DNA from: an uncultured Eubacteriales bacterium | GTDB lineage: Bacteria; Actinomycetota; Coriobacteriia; Anaerosomatales; JAAXUF01 | Assembly: GCA_964541225.1 (NCBI GenBank) | Contig: CAZIPN010000004.1 | Coordinates: 24,382-88,381 of the forward strand | Length of the DNA stretch: 64,000 nt | Direction: 5' to 3' | Shown here: positions 1 through 11,165 of the stretch, piece after piece | How positions within the stretch are numbered: position 1 is the stretch's first letter | How the letters are laid out: the number at the start of each line of letters is the position of its first letter | The notes under the pieces: generated by a model | The model's input: the letters and a program-made list of their open reading frames with translations, nothing else | The model's database searches: none | What the model was told of the DNA's origin: nothing | Position numbers and translations under genes: made by a program

Positions 1-443
1 AGCACGCGCGCCATGAACTCGAGATGATGCTTGCCGAGGTGGGGCGGTCGCGCTCGACCGTCACCTACGGTGAGGTCGCGCGACGCGCGATGGGCGGCCG
101 TGTGAGCGCGCGGTCCTCGGCGCTCATGGCACTGCTGGGCGAGGTCGACCGAGAAGCCGACGAGCGGCTCGGCTGCATGGTGGCGTCGCTCGTGGTTCGC
201 GCCGATACCGGCATGCCGGGCGATGGCTACTTCGGCTTCGCGGCGCAGCAACTGGGACGGCCGATCGCCGACGCGCGCGCCTTCTGGGCCGCCGAGGTCC
301 AGCGAGTCTGGGACGCGTACGCACCGCAGGATTGCCCGCCCGTGGCGTCGCAGATTGCGTTGCGCGGTGCATCAGCTGGTGAGTCGCAAGAAGCCTCTGC
401 CGAGCTGCACCCTGGCGCGGGCATCGCGGCGGCAGCGCCGTGA
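1..443 (+). CDS. hypothetical protein, C-terminal part (reading frame is open to the window edge)
   Basis: No stop codon upstream of 24 in this frame. Its stop overlaps the next start (GTGA at 440-443). No motif recognised with confidence. Confidence 0.4.
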   Translation, partial: HARHELEMMLAEVGRSRSTVTYGEVARRAMGGRVSARSSALMALLGEVDREADERLGCMVASLVVRADTGMPGDGYFGFAAQQLGRPIADARAFWAAEVQRVWDAYAPQDCPPVASQIALRGASAGESQEASAELHPGAGIAAAAP

Positions 444-1321
444 GCGGCGCCGACATGCGCGCGGCGCTGCACGGAGAGCCCACCGGCTTCGTCGCAGGGA
501 TCACGTGGCTGCCGACTGAAGTGCTCGAGGCGGTCGCCGACAGCGCGCGCAAGGCGGGCCCAGCCGAATCGCTCGCAACGATCGCGTCGGCGCTGTCCCT
601 CGACTTTGCCGTGGTGCCTTCTGCCGAGCCGTGGGCTGCAGATGCCGTTCGCGAGCTGCGCGAACAGGGCGTGGCGTCGGTGTGGAGCGTCAGCGGCGTA
701 CTCGGCCGCGTCGGTGATCGGATCGGATGGGCCGAGATGCTTCGCATGACGGTCGCCGAGCCCGGGGGACTGGCCGTGCACATGGGCGAGGTCCTGCACG
801 AAGCGATGGACTCAGTGCGCGCTGGTCTGGCCGAGGCCGTCGACGCCGTGCTCGTCGCCGACGATGTCGCAGGCGCGACGGGTCCGCTGGTCTCGCCCGA
901 TTTCGTGCTCGATGGGCTCGTGCCGTGCTATCGATCGCTCGCCGAGGTAGCGACGGCCGGCGACATCCCCGCGGTCTTCCATTCCGACGGCGACGTGCGT
1001 GCGTTCTTTCCGGCGTTGTGGCGCGTGGGGTTCTCGGCAGTGCATTTGGCGAGCCTGTCCCCGGGCCCCTTCGTGTCCTCGTACGCGGCGGCGAGAAGCG
1101 CCGGGCTTGCGGTGATGGGCGGCATCGAGACGGTGGCGCTGGGATCGGGTCCTCGGCGGCTGGGCTCGCGGGCCGCCGACGTCGCGCTTTCGTGCGGCAT
1201 GCTCATCTGCGACGACGGGGGGATCACCTCTGCCGAGGAACTCGCAGCGTACGCCTCGGCGCTCGATTCGGCGCGCGAAACGTACGCATCGGGTGGCGTC
1301 GGCGACGAAGAGGAGTTCTAG
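440..1321 (+). CDS. uroporphyrinogen-decarboxylase (URO-D)/MtaA-like family protein (tentative)
   Basis: 293 aa. The C-terminal half (AVFHSDGDVRAFFPALWRVGFSAVHL ... VMGGIETVAL) resembles the URO-D/methylcobamide methyltransferase TIM-barrel pattern. Translationally coupled to the previous ORF. Confidence 0.35.
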   Translation: MSGADMRAALHGEPTGFVAGITWLPTEVLEAVADSARKAGPAESLATIASALSLDFAVVPSAEPWAADAVRELREQGVASVWSVSGVLGRVGDRIGWAEMLRMTVAEPGGLAVHMGEVLHEAMDSVRAGLAEAVDAVLVADDVAGATGPLVSPDFVLDGLVPCYRSLAEVATAGDIPAVFHSDGDVRAFFPALWRVGFSAVHLASLSPGPFVSSYAAARSAGLAVMGGIETVALGSGPRRLGSRAADVALSCGMLICDDGGITSAEELAAYASALDSARETYASGGVGDEEEF

Positions 1322-1383
1322 CTGCCGAGCAAGCCCGCCTAGCCTGCGGAAGCGCCGAGGTGTCGGGACGCTGCGGCTGTCCG

Positions 1384-2538
1384 CTAACTGCCGAGGAGTC
1401 CCATCTTTGTGGCGGCCGTGACCGCTTCTTCGCGCGAGTGCACGCCGAGTTTCTTGTAGACGCGGCTCGCGCGCTCCTTCACCGCACCTCGCGAGATCTT
1501 GAGCTTGTCGGCGATCATGGCGAACGTGAGGTCCGTGCCGAGGTAGTGCAGAAGGCGCTTGTCGGCGGCGGTGAGGGTTGAGGTTGCCTCCATCTGGGCC
1601 GCGAACTTCTCGGTGGCACGCATCTCCTCGAGCGCCTCCATCTCCCGAATCTCGGCCTGCGCGGCGACAGTCTCGGCCTCGTCGATTGCCGCTTGCTCTT
1701 GGACTGCAGCGGCCTTGGTGATGCGCTGCGCCTCAGCGATAGTGGTCCGCTCTTCGGCTGCTGCACTCTCGGCGACGCGCTGGGTCTCGGCACGCGCCGC
1801 GTCCCGCGCGATCTCGGCCTTCACGACCTCGCGCGCGACCGCCTCGGCGCCGGTCTCCGCTGCTTCGGACGCGATGACGCCCGCTTCAACGAGTGCGTCG
1901 GTGGCTTCATTGGCGGCGGCTTCCTCGATCAGCCCGGCGGCGACCAGCGCGTCGATGGCCTCGGCAGCAGCTGCGCTGCGAATGGCGTCGGCGGCGTCGA
2001 CTGCCGCAACAGCGTCCCCGAGCGCCTGGAACGATCGCAGCCGTGCGGCGGCCTCTGCGGCGTGGGCCTCTTCGATCGCCTGCGCTGCCTCACTCGCGGC
2101 CTCTACCTCGGCGCCGATGATGACCTCGCCTTCCTCGGTGATGAAGCCCTCGGAAAGCAGCTCACCACCACAACTCTCCACTGCCGAGAACAAGCGGCCC
2201 GCCCACAAGTGCTCGACCAAGACGAGCGCCATGGCGGTTCCCGGCTCAAGAGCGCTGGCCAGTGCCTCGACTTCGTCGGGATCGATCTCTTCAGGCGTGC
2301 GAGGTGCGATTTCATCGTCGAATGCGAGGAACCCGCCGAGAATGGTTCCGTAGTCGTCGTCATCGCCTACATCAAGGATGGCCAGGTCACCGTCGTCGGT
2401 CTTGGTGACGAACAGGAAATCCAGAAGTCGCAGTACGCCCCGGCCTTCGAGGGCGTCGAGCTCGGCCATGATCCCGGGCTCCGCGCAGGCATCTGAACCA
2501 TAGCCAAACGCCATCAACTGTATTGGTCCGCCGCTCAT
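1384..2538 (-). CDS. LuxR/GerE-family transcriptional regulator with an N-terminal domain of unknown function and a long Ala/Glu-rich repeat linker
   Basis: 384 aa. C-terminal HTH LTAADKRLLHYLGTDLTFAMIADKLKISRGAVKERASRVYKKLGV. The central ~200 aa are A/E-rich helical repeats. The N-terminus (IQLMAFGYG...LRLLDFLFVTKTDDGDLAILDV) resembles a conserved actinobacterial DUF. Confidence 0.7.
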   Translation of the reverse strand: MSGGPIQLMAFGYGSDACAEPGIMAELDALEGRGVLRLLDFLFVTKTDDGDLAILDVGDDDDYGTILGGFLAFDDEIAPRTPEEIDPDEVEALASALEPGTAMALVLVEHLWAGRLFSAVESCGGELLSEGFITEEGEVIIGAEVEAASEAAQAIEEAHAAEAAARLRSFQALGDAVAAVDAADAIRSAAAAEAIDALVAAGLIEEAAANEATDALVEAGVIASEAAETGAEAVAREVVKAEIARDAARAETQRVAESAAAEERTTIAEAQRITKAAAVQEQAAIDEAETVAAQAEIREMEALEEMRATEKFAAQMEATSTLTAADKRLLHYLGTDLTFAMIADKLKISRGAVKERASRVYKKLGVHSREEAVTAATKMGLLGS

Positions 2539-2797
2539 ATCGGACTCCTTCGACTGGGGAGGTGCTTATCGACGCGAGAAGTTACTCTGGATCGGGCCGT
2601 TCGTGCGTTGTTGATTCCCTCTTGCGCGTTCCTGCGTGCGAAATAGTGCGGGCCGATCAGTGCATCGGCAGGTCGGTCACTCGTGGGGGTTGGCGGCACG
2701 AACCCGGATGTGTTGACATGTGAGACGAACGCTACCACAGTCATGTCAAGCGATCGGTGGGGTCGCGATGGCGGGGTGCTGACCGTGGGGGGTCACT

Positions 2798-3637
2798 ATG
2801 AAAAGGGGACTTTGCCTACGACGGACGTCTGGGAATGGTCGCGTTCCTGCAAGGTTTGTTCTGCTCGCACTGCTGTGCTTGACCGCCTTCGGAGTGGCTG
2901 CGTGCAAGTCGCCTGACAAGGCGTCGCAAACGCAGGTGTCTGCGGGCAAGACCGCCCCAGTCTCCAGCGTGCTGACAACAGCTGACGTCGCCGAGGTACT
3001 CGCCGGTATCGACAACCACAACTGGGATATTGCGGGTAGTGGGCGCGTCAACGTGCCGGCCTTCGCCAGGTCGATCCTTCTGCAGCTGCCGCCCATCTAC
3101 TCTGGTGTGCCCGCCAACGACACGAAAAACAAAGCCGCGCGTATCGAGCACGCCGTGACCGCCTACGAGAACGTAGCGGCCACACAAGGTGAAGTCGCGG
3201 CTTCGCGCATGTATGACAACCTCCAGTTCGTCGGCACGAATGACCAGACGAGTTCGACTCACTTGACTGCCGAGCAGGCTGCGATGCAGCCTCTTGTGAA
3301 CGGCATGGAAGCCAGCACTCTCATGTTCTCGCACGGAGACACTCCGATGTGGGATTGGAACATCGAGTCGATTTCCATCATGGGGAACTCGACTGCACGC
3401 GTGTCGTATGCGACCACCCTTCCCGCGGGGGTCGAACTTGGCGAAGCCGATCCGCTGAGATTCAAGGATCCTGCTGCGACCTACGACAAAGTCCTCACGT
3501 TCCAGCGGACGAGCAAGGGGTGGCGGCTCTCGGGGTGGGACAACTTCCTCGAATTCAAGCAAGCGATTGAGGCCAACGTCCAACCCGCATCGCTGGTTGG
3601 CGGCTACGGCTGGTGGGAGCAAGGGCCGACGCAGTAG
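2798..3637 (+). CDS. hypothetical lipoprotein
   Basis: 279 aa. Signal peptide with lipobox FGVAAC. No recognisable catalytic motif. Confidence 0.5.
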   Translation: MKRGLCLRRTSGNGRVPARFVLLALLCLTAFGVAACKSPDKASQTQVSAGKTAPVSSVLTTADVAEVLAGIDNHNWDIAGSGRVNVPAFARSILLQLPPIYSGVPANDTKNKAARIEHAVTAYENVAATQGEVAASRMYDNLQFVGTNDQTSSTHLTAEQAAMQPLVNGMEASTLMFSHGDTPMWDWNIESISIMGNSTARVSYATTLPAGVELGEADPLRFKDPAATYDKVLTFQRTSKGWRLSGWDNFLEFKQAIEANVQPASLVGGYGWWEQGPTQ

Positions 3638-3735
3638 CGGCATCGTGTGTGGCGTCTCGGCGGCATTGGGCGCTGAAGTGTCGGCGCCGATCGGTCGTGG
3701 TCGGCCGTTGCGTGCGCGCACACTCACCACGCATC

Positions 3736-3795
3736 CGGAAATCCGTTCGCAACATTGCGACATTTCTGTCGCAAGCGCTCACGGAAATGTCGCAA
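3736..3795. promoter_or_regulatory. candidate enhancer (UAS) for the sigma54 activator: repeated TGTCGCAA/TTGCGACA half-sites
   Basis: Perfect 8-4-8 palindrome TTGCGACA-tttc-TGTCGCAA (3755-3774). Further direct copy TGTCGCAA (3788-3795). Degenerate copy GTTCGCAA (3745-3752). CGGAAAT precedes two copies. The centre lies about 80 bp upstream of the -24 element. Confidence 0.45.
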
Positions 3796-3841
3796 TGACT
3801 CGGCCTTAACCCATAAAAACCGCAGGTCAGAGCCATATTAG

Positions 3842-4771
<930 letters not shown>

Positions 4772-4772
4772 C

Positions 4773-6224
4773 ATGTCGGCCTCCAACATCAATCAAACGC
4801 AGAAGATCATCGACGAGATTCTCGAGGTCTACCCCGAGAAGGCTCGCAAGGATCGCGCGAAGCACATCGCGCCCAACGATCCGAGCGGCAGCTGCTCAAG
4901 CTGCGCGGTGAAGTCCAACGTCAAGTCGCGGCCGGGTCTGATGACCGTGCGCGGCTGCGCGTACGCCGGATCGAAAGGCGTGGTGTGGGGCCCGGTCAAA
5001 GACGTCGTGCACATCAGCCACGGCCCTGTGGGATGTGGCGCGTACTCGAACTGGTCGCGCCGCAACTACTACAACGGTACGACTGGCGTCGACGCGTTCG
5101 GCACGCTGCACGTGACGAGCGACTTTCAAGAACGCGACATCGTCTACGGCGGCGACAAGAAGCTCGACAAGATCGTCGATGAGCTCGACGCGCTCTTCCC
5201 GCTGGCTCGCGGCATGTCGGTGCAGTCTGAATGCCCGGTCGGGTTGATCGGCGACGATATCGAGAGTGTGTCCAAGCGCAAGACCGAGGAAATCGGCAAG
5301 CCTGTTGTGCCGGTGCGCTGCGAGGGCTTTCGCGGCGTGTCGCAGTCGCTCGGCCACCACATCGCCAACGACTCGATCCGCGATCACGTCTTCGGCAAAG
5401 CTGAGAGCGAGATCGAGACGACGCCCTACGACATCACGATCATCGGCGACTACAACATCGGCGGGGACGCGTGGGCGTCTCGGCGAATCCTTGAGGCGAT
5501 GGGGCTGCGCGTGATCGCGCAGTGGACGGGTGACAGCACGATCGCCGAGCTGGCCAACGCGCCCAAAGCCAAGCTCAACCTCATCCACTGCTACCGGTCG
5601 ATGAACTACATCTGTCGGCACATGGAGGAGGAGTACGGCATCCCGTGGCTCGAGTACAACTTCTTTGGGCCGACGAAGATCTACGCCTCGATCCGCGAGA
5701 TCGCAGCGCAATTCGATGAGACGGTGCAGGCCAAGGCCGAAGCGCTCATCGAGGCCATGAAGCCGGAGATGGACGCCGTGATCGAGGAGTTCCGGCCGCG
5801 TCTCGAGGGCAAGACCGTGATGCTGTACGTCGGTGGTCTGCGCCCGCGCCACGTGATCGGCGCGTACGAGGATCTCGGCATGGAGGTCGTCGCGGCGGGA
5901 TACGAGTTCGGCCACGCCGACGAGTACAAGCGCACGTACCCGCTGATGGCCGAGGGCTCGATCGTCGTCGACGACGCCACCCCCTATGAGCTCGAGGAAA
6001 TCACCAAGCGCGTGAAGCCCGATCTCGTCGGCTCCGGCGTGAAGGAGAAGTACGCCTACCACAAGATGGGCGTCCCTTTCCGCCAGATGCACAGCTGGGA
6101 CTACTCGGGGCCGTACCACGGGTTCGACGGCTTCAAGGTCTTCGCGCGTGACATGGACATGACCGTCAACAGCCCCACGTGGGATCTCGTGCGCAAGCCC
6201 GCAGGCGAGCTAGCAGGAGGGTGA
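4773..6224 (+). CDS. nifD: nitrogenase molybdenum-iron protein alpha chain
   Basis: 483 aa. [33 protein letters not shown] (Gln/His at the cofactor), HCYRS (FeMo-co Cys) and [17 protein letters not shown] (FeMo-co His) are all present. Starts 1 nt after the nifH stop. Confidence 0.97.
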   Translation: MSASNINQTQKIIDEILEVYPEKARKDRAKHIAPNDPSGSCSSCAVKSNVKSRPGLMTVRGCAYAGSKGVVWGPVKDVVHISHGPVGCGAYSNWSRRNYYNGTTGVDAFGTLHVTSDFQERDIVYGGDKKLDKIVDELDALFPLARGMSVQSECPVGLIGDDIESVSKRKTEEIGKPVVPVRCEGFRGVSQSLGHHIANDSIRDHVFGKAESEIETTPYDITIIGDYNIGGDAWASRRILEAMGLRVIAQWTGDSTIAELANAPKAKLNLIHCYRSMNYICRHMEEEYGIPWLEYNFFGPTKIYASIREIAAQFDETVQAKAEALIEAMKPEMDAVIEEFRPRLEGKTVMLYVGGLRPRHVIGAYEDLGMEVVAAGYEFGHADEYKRTYPLMAEGSIVVDDATPYELEEITKRVKPDLVGSGVKEKYAYHKMGVPFRQMHSWDYSGPYHGFDGFKVFARDMDMTVNSPTWDLVRKPAGELAGG

Positions 6225-6228
6225 TCAG

Positions 6229-7737
6229 ATGCAGATCAAGGACCACAACGAGCTCTTTGCCGACCCTGCCTACCAGGAGCAATTCGAGGGCAAGCGCGAG
6301 TTTGAGAACGCGTACTCTCGCGAGGACATCGCCCAGGTTGCCGAGTGGACGAAGTCGCAGGAGTACCGCGAGCTGAACTTCGCCCGTGAGGCCGTCTCGA
6401 TCAACCCGTGCAAGGCGTGCCAGCCGCTCGGCGCGATCTACGCCGCGCTCGGTTTCGCCAAGACGATGCCGTTCGTGCAGGGTTCGCAGGGCTGCACCGC
6501 GTATTTCCGCAGCTACTTCTCTCGGCACTTCAAGGAGCCCATCGCTACGGTGAGTTCCTCAATGACGGAGGATGCGGCGGTCTTCGGCGGGCTGTCGAAC
6601 ATGACCGAGGGCCTGGAGAACACCAACGCCGTCTACGCTCCCGACATGATCGCGGTGTCGACCACATGCATGGCCGAGGTCATCGGCGACGACCTGCGCG
6701 CTTACATCAAGCAGGCCAAAGAGAAGGGCGCCGTGCCCGCCGAGATGCCCGTGCCGTTTGCGCACACGCCCAGTTTCCAGGGCAGTCACCTCAACGGCTA
6801 CGACGCGATGCTCAAGGGCATCCTCACCGAACTCGCGGGAGAGAAGACCGACGGCGACGATGGCTCGATCAACGTCGTTCCCGGCTTCGACACCTACCCA
6901 GGCAACCTGCGCGAGATCAAGCGGATGCTTGGCGTGATGGGCGTGAACTTCCGCATGCTTGCCGACAATAGCGATGTGGTCGACGCGCCGAACTTCGGCA
7001 CGTACGACCTGTATCCCGCTGGCGGCACGACGCGTGAGGAAGCCGCTGCGGCCACCAACGCCAAGGCGACGTTCATGCTCCAGAAGTGGGCGACGAACAA
7101 GACCGCCGAGTACATCGCTAGCGAGTGGGGCCAAGAAGTCGTTGTGGCCAACCCGATCGGGATTCGCGGTACCGATGAGTTTCTCGCTGAAGTCTCTCGC
7201 GTGACGGGCCTCGCGGTGCCCTACGAGCTGGAAGTCGAGCGCGGTCGCGCGGTCGACGCGATGGTGGACTCGCATCCCTACGTCTTCGGCAAGCGATTCG
7301 CGCTTGTCGGCGATCCGGATCAGCTGCTGGGCCTGATGTCGTTTCTGCTCGAGCTCGGCGCGCGACCGGTGCACGTCGTGTGCACCAACGGCGACAAGAA
7401 GTTCAAGAAGGCCGCCGAGGCACTGCTCGCTACCTCGCCGTTCGGCGCGGATGCGACCGTGTGGATTCGCAAGGACATGTGGCACCTGCGCTCGCTCATG
7501 TTCACCGAGCCGGTGGATCTGCTGATCGGCCCGTCCTCGGCGAAGTTCCTGGTGCGCGACACGGGCACGCCGCTCATCCGCATCGGCTTTCCGATCCACG
7601 ATCGGCACCACATGCACAAGACGCCGATCGTCGGCTATGAGGGCGCGAGCAACTTGCTTGCGATGATCGTGAACACCGTGCTCGACGAACTCGATCGCGC
7701 CTCTATCAACACGACCAGCTTCGACTTGGTGCGGTAG
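6229..7737 (+). CDS. nifK: nitrogenase molybdenum-iron protein beta chain
   Basis: 502 aa. [31 protein letters not shown] and the P-cluster Cys context [11 protein letters not shown] are present. No delta (G) subunit gene lies between D and K, so this is the Mo type. Confidence 0.96.
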   Translation: MQIKDHNELFADPAYQEQFEGKREFENAYSREDIAQVAEWTKSQEYRELNFAREAVSINPCKACQPLGAIYAALGFAKTMPFVQGSQGCTAYFRSYFSRHFKEPIATVSSSMTEDAAVFGGLSNMTEGLENTNAVYAPDMIAVSTTCMAEVIGDDLRAYIKQAKEKGAVPAEMPVPFAHTPSFQGSHLNGYDAMLKGILTELAGEKTDGDDGSINVVPGFDTYPGNLREIKRMLGVMGVNFRMLADNSDVVDAPNFGTYDLYPAGGTTREEAAAATNAKATFMLQKWATNKTAEYIASEWGQEVVVANPIGIRGTDEFLAEVSRVTGLAVPYELEVERGRAVDAMVDSHPYVFGKRFALVGDPDQLLGLMSFLLELGARPVHVVCTNGDKKFKKAAEALLATSPFGADATVWIRKDMWHLRSLMFTEPVDLLIGPSSAKFLVRDTGTPLIRIGFPIHDRHHMHKTPIVGYEGASNLLAMIVNTVLDELDRASINTTSFDLVR

Positions 7738-7743
7738 GCAGTC

Positions 7744-10416
7744 GTGGCCATCTCACTCGACAAGCTCTTCGAAGCCGGATGCGACCCTGAGGCTCGCCAT
7801 AAGGTGTGCCGGTCGCGCGGCGGGGAGTCGTGCGCGTTTGACGGTGCGGCCATCGTGCTCATGCCGATCGCCGATGCCGCACACGTCATTCACGGCCCCA
7901 TCGTGTGCGCCGGCAACGCGTGGGAAGGTCGTGGTGTGCGCTCGACGGCTGGTGACTTTCATCGCCGAGGATTCACGACCGATCTGACCGAGCTCGACAT
8001 CATCTACGGCAGTGAAGACAAGCTTGCCGAGGCGGTGCGCGAGGTTGTCGCTCGCGAGCATCCCAAGGCGGTCTTCGTGTACGCGACGTGCGTCTCGGGA
8101 CTTACCGGTGAAGACATCGACGCGGTGTGCATGAGTCTCGCCGCCGAGCTGTCGCTACCGGTCGTGCCCGTGAACGCGCCCGGCTTCGTGGGCCCCAAGA
8201 ATCTCGGCAATCGGATTGCGGGCGAAGTGCTGCTGGAGCACGTGATCGGAACTGCCGAGCCACCCGAGAGCACGCCCTTCGACATCGCCCTCATCGGCGA
8301 GTACAACGTTGCCGGGGATCTCGATCTCATCGAGCCGCTTCTTGCCGAGGCAGGCATTCGACTGCTCTCGCGGATCACAGGCAACGCACGCTTCGAGGAG
8401 ATCCGCTGGGCGCATCGCGCGAAGCTGTCGGTGGTGTCGTGCTCGCGCGCGCTCATCAACGTCGCCGCCGGGCTGCGACGTACCCACGGCGTGCCGTACC
8501 TGGAGGTGTCGTTCTTCGGCGCTGCCGAGATCGCTCGCTCGCTTCGCGCGATCGCAGACGCTCTCGAGGCCGCGTCGCCGGAGGCAGTTGGCGTGGGCGA
8601 GCGCGTGGAGCGCGTGATCGTCACGCACGAGGCCGAGCTGGAGTGCGCGCTCGAAGCGCACCTGCCCGCGCTCAAGGGCAAGCGAGCGGTGCTGTACTCC
8701 GGCGGTGTGAAGAGCTGGTCGATCGCTTCAGCGCTTCGGGATCTGGGTGTGGAGATTCTGGCCGTCGGCACCAAGAAGTCCAGCGCCGAAGACGAGGAGA
8801 AGGTGCGCGCGGTTCTCGGCGAGGGTGTGAGGCTGATCGAGAACATCTCGCCGGCGATCATTCGGCAGATCATGAATGAGGAAGGCGGGCAGCTGCTCGT
8901 GGCCGGCGGACGCAACCGCTACCTCGCGGCAAAGGAAGGCTGGCCGTTCGTCGACGTCAACCAGGAGCGCGAGGCCGCCTACGCTGGCTACGAAGGACTC
9001 GTGAACCTCGCGGCGGACCTCGCCAACAGCGTGCGCTTCTACGAGCGCCAGGTGCGGGAGCCCGTGTGTGGGGATGTGCTCGCCGACACGCCCGTGCATG
9101 TCAGCGAGCGACACGCTGCGACCGATCCGCTCAAGAACGCGCCCAGTCTCGGTGCTGCAGTCGCTCTGCAGGGCATCGACGGTGCGCTCCCGGTGATTCA
9201 CGGGGCGCAGGGATGCACGTTCCTGGGCAAAGTGCTGGCGATTCGGCATTTCAACGAGCCGATCGCGCTGGGCACCACGAAGCTCTTCACCGAAGATGTC
9301 GTGCTCGGCGGGGATGAGACGCTGCGCACGACTGTGACCGGGCTCGCCGACTCCGCGCACCCGTCGCTGATCGCCGTCATTTCGAGTGCGGCTGCCGAGG
9401 TCAAGGGCGACGACGTCGACGCGACAGTGCGCGAACTCGAGCGCGAGGTCGACTCGGCGGTGATCGCGGTGCACGCGCCGGATTACGCCGGAGGCTTCGA
9501 GGAAGGCTACCTCGCGGCGGTGCGGGCGCTCGTGGCGCTGGCGGGCGGCTGCGACGGCGGTCCGGTGGTGTCTCGGCAGGTGACGGTGCTTGCGGGCGCA
9601 CATCTGACGCCCGCCGATGCGCGCGAGGTCCGCGACATGATGGAGGCGTTCGGGCTCAGGCCGGTGCTCGTGCCTGACGTGGGCGCGCTGGACGGCAGTC
9701 GCGAGGGGCTCTCGGCGGTGGCCAGCGGCGGGACGACGCTGGGTGAGGTGCGCTCGATTGCGGCGAGCGAGCACACGCTGGTGTTGGGGGCGTCGCTGGA
9801 GTCGGCGGCACGCGATCTCGCGGAGCGCTTCGCGACGCCGTACACGGTGCTTCAGGCCACGTGTGGACTGGCCGCCACCGACCAGCTCCTCGCGGTGCTG
9901 ACGCTGCTGTCCGGCAAGACCGCGCCGCCTCGCCTCGAGCGCGACCGCCGGGTTCTGGTCGACGCGATGCGCGACGCTCACGGCCGTATCTCCGGTCGCC
10001 GAGTCGCTCTCGCGCTCGAACCCGATGCCGCGCTCGCGATGGCCGCGTTCTTCGACGAGCTTGCGGCCCGGCCTCATGAGGTCGTCGTACCGACATCGCC
10101 GCCACATGTCCGGCGCATCGCGGCGCATCGCGTCACCGTCGGCGACTTGGCGAGCGTACCGCAGGCTATCGACTTGCTCGTCTCGAACTCGCATGCCGAG
10201 CGCATCGCGCACATGCGGGGCGTACCGCTCCTCGAATGCGGATTCCCGCGTGCCGAGACCTACGGGGCGTCTCGGCAGCTCACGGTCGGCTATCGCGGTG
10301 CTGCCGCTGTGGTCGATGCGCTCGCCAATCTCTTGGCGTCGCACTCACACTTGCCCGCACGCATTCCGGAAGACTCGCCGGACACAACCGCACAACCCGA
10401 AAGGAGCATGTCGTGA
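7744..10416 (+). CDS. nifEN: fused NifE-NifN FeMo-cofactor biosynthesis scaffold
   Basis: 890 aa in one frame. The N-terminal half has NifE motifs (SCAFDGAAIVLMPIADAAHVIHGPIVC). The C-terminal half has NifN motifs (ATDPLKNAPSLGAAVALQGIDGALPVIHGAQGCTFLGKV..RHFNEPI). GTG start 6 nt after nifK. Confidence 0.9.
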   Translation: MAISLDKLFEAGCDPEARHKVCRSRGGESCAFDGAAIVLMPIADAAHVIHGPIVCAGNAWEGRGVRSTAGDFHRRGFTTDLTELDIIYGSEDKLAEAVREVVAREHPKAVFVYATCVSGLTGEDIDAVCMSLAAELSLPVVPVNAPGFVGPKNLGNRIAGEVLLEHVIGTAEPPESTPFDIALIGEYNVAGDLDLIEPLLAEAGIRLLSRITGNARFEEIRWAHRAKLSVVSCSRALINVAAGLRRTHGVPYLEVSFFGAAEIARSLRAIADALEAASPEAVGVGERVERVIVTHEAELECALEAHLPALKGKRAVLYSGGVKSWSIASALRDLGVEILAVGTKKSSAEDEEKVRAVLGEGVRLIENISPAIIRQIMNEEGGQLLVAGGRNRYLAAKEGWPFVDVNQEREAAYAGYEGLVNLAADLANSVRFYERQVREPVCGDVLADTPVHVSERHAATDPLKNAPSLGAAVALQGIDGALPVIHGAQGCTFLGKVLAIRHFNEPIALGTTKLFTEDVVLGGDETLRTTVTGLADSAHPSLIAVISSAAAEVKGDDVDATVRELEREVDSAVIAVHAPDYAGGFEEGYLAAVRALVALAGGCDGGPVVSRQVTVLAGAHLTPADAREVRDMMEAFGLRPVLVPDVGALDGSREGLSAVASGGTTLGEVRSIAASEHTLVLGASLESAARDLAERFATPYTVLQATCGLAATDQLLAVLTLLSGKTAPPRLERDRRVLVDAMRDAHGRISGRRVALALEPDAALAMAAFFDELAARPHEVVVPTSPPHVRRIAAHRVTVGDLASVPQAIDLLVSNSHAERIAHMRGVPLLECGFPRAETYGASRQLTVGYRGAAAVVDALANLLASHSHLPARIPEDSPDTTAQPERSMS

Positions 10417-10814
10417 AAGTCGCGTTCGCAACCACTGGCGGCACTGCCGTCGACGAGCACTTTGGGCGGGCCGCAACGTTCGCGGTCTGGGACATCACGC
10501 CTGAGGGCGCCGACTTCGCCGAGCTTCGGCACGTTGCCGAAGGCGACATGGACAGCGAGGTCGTCACGACCCGCGGCATGGGTGACCTGCACGAAGAGGC
10601 AATCGCCGCCAAGATCGAGAAGCTCGCCGACTGCAAGATCGTGTACTTCGCCGAGATCGGCGGGCCCTCGGCAGCCAAGCTCGTGCGACGCGGCATCATG
10701 CCGCTGAAGGCTACGACGTCCAGTGACATCGACGGTCTGGTCGACGACTTGAAGACGGCGTTTCGCGAGCGACCCACGCCCTGGATGCGCAAGGCCCTGC
10801 AAGCAGATTCGTGA
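10413..10814 (+). CDS. nifX: NifX/NafY-type dinitrogenase FeMo-cofactor binding domain protein
   Basis: 133 aa. VAFATTGGTAVDEHFGRAATFAVWD is typical of the NifX/NifB-C domain. GTGA overlap with the nifEN stop. Confidence 0.75.
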   Translation: MKVAFATTGGTAVDEHFGRAATFAVWDITPEGADFAELRHVAEGDMDSEVVTTRGMGDLHEEAIAAKIEKLADCKIVYFAEIGGPSAAKLVRRGIMPLKATTSSDIDGLVDDLKTAFRERPTPWMRKALQADS

Positions 10815-10847
10815 TCTCACACCGTCCCGACAGAGAGAGGAAGCGAC

Positions 10848-11165
10848 ATGAAGATGGTTCGTGCGTTCATCAGGCCAGAAAAGGAGCAGGAGGTCGTCCA
10901 GGCGCTGGAAGGCGCGGGGCACGGCTCGCTCACCAAGATGCCGGTCTTTGGCCGAGGCAAGCAGAAGGGACTGCAGGTCGGTCCCATCTACTACGATGAG
11001 CTGCCCAAGACACTGCTCGTGCTCGTGGTGGAAGACGACGATGCGCCGGGCGTGATCGGCGTGATCGAAGACAAAGCCCGCACCGGGTTCATCGGCGACG
11101 GCAAGATCTTCGTCTCGGCGGTCGAGGAGGCCTACACGATCCGGACCGGCGAGGTGGGACTGTGA
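10848..11165 (+). CDS. nifI1: PII-family nitrogenase regulator NifI1
   Basis: 105 aa PII fold (MKMVRAFIRPEK...GDGKIFVSAVEEAYTIRTGE). Paired with a second PII gene inside a nif operon. Confidence 0.85.
   Translation: MKMVRAFIRPEKEQEVVQALEGAGHGSLTKMPVFGRGKQKGLQVGPIYYDELPKTLLVLVVEDDDAPGVIGVIEDKARTGFIGDGKIFVSAVEEAYTIRTGEVGL

Noticed and set aside
4896-6119. 407-aa ORF antisense to nifD. There are similar long antisense or out-of-frame ORFs at 124-783, 6559-7617, 8728-10344, 37583-39439, 41681-43357, 53571-54380 and 60787-62112.
   Set aside because: They lie entirely inside genes with unambiguous motifs on the other strand or frame. They are extremely Arg/His/Asp/Gly-rich with no recognisable domains, which is the typical open-frame artefact of high-GC DNA.
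4773-7737. Possibility that the nitrogenase is an alternative (Vnf/Anf) or a nitrogenase-like (Nfl/BchNB/CfbCD) enzyme.
   Set aside because: There is no delta-subunit (G) gene between D and K. NifD carries the Mo-type residues (Gln/His in [16 protein letters not shown] Cys, [12 protein letters not shown] His). NifEN, NifB and NifX are present.
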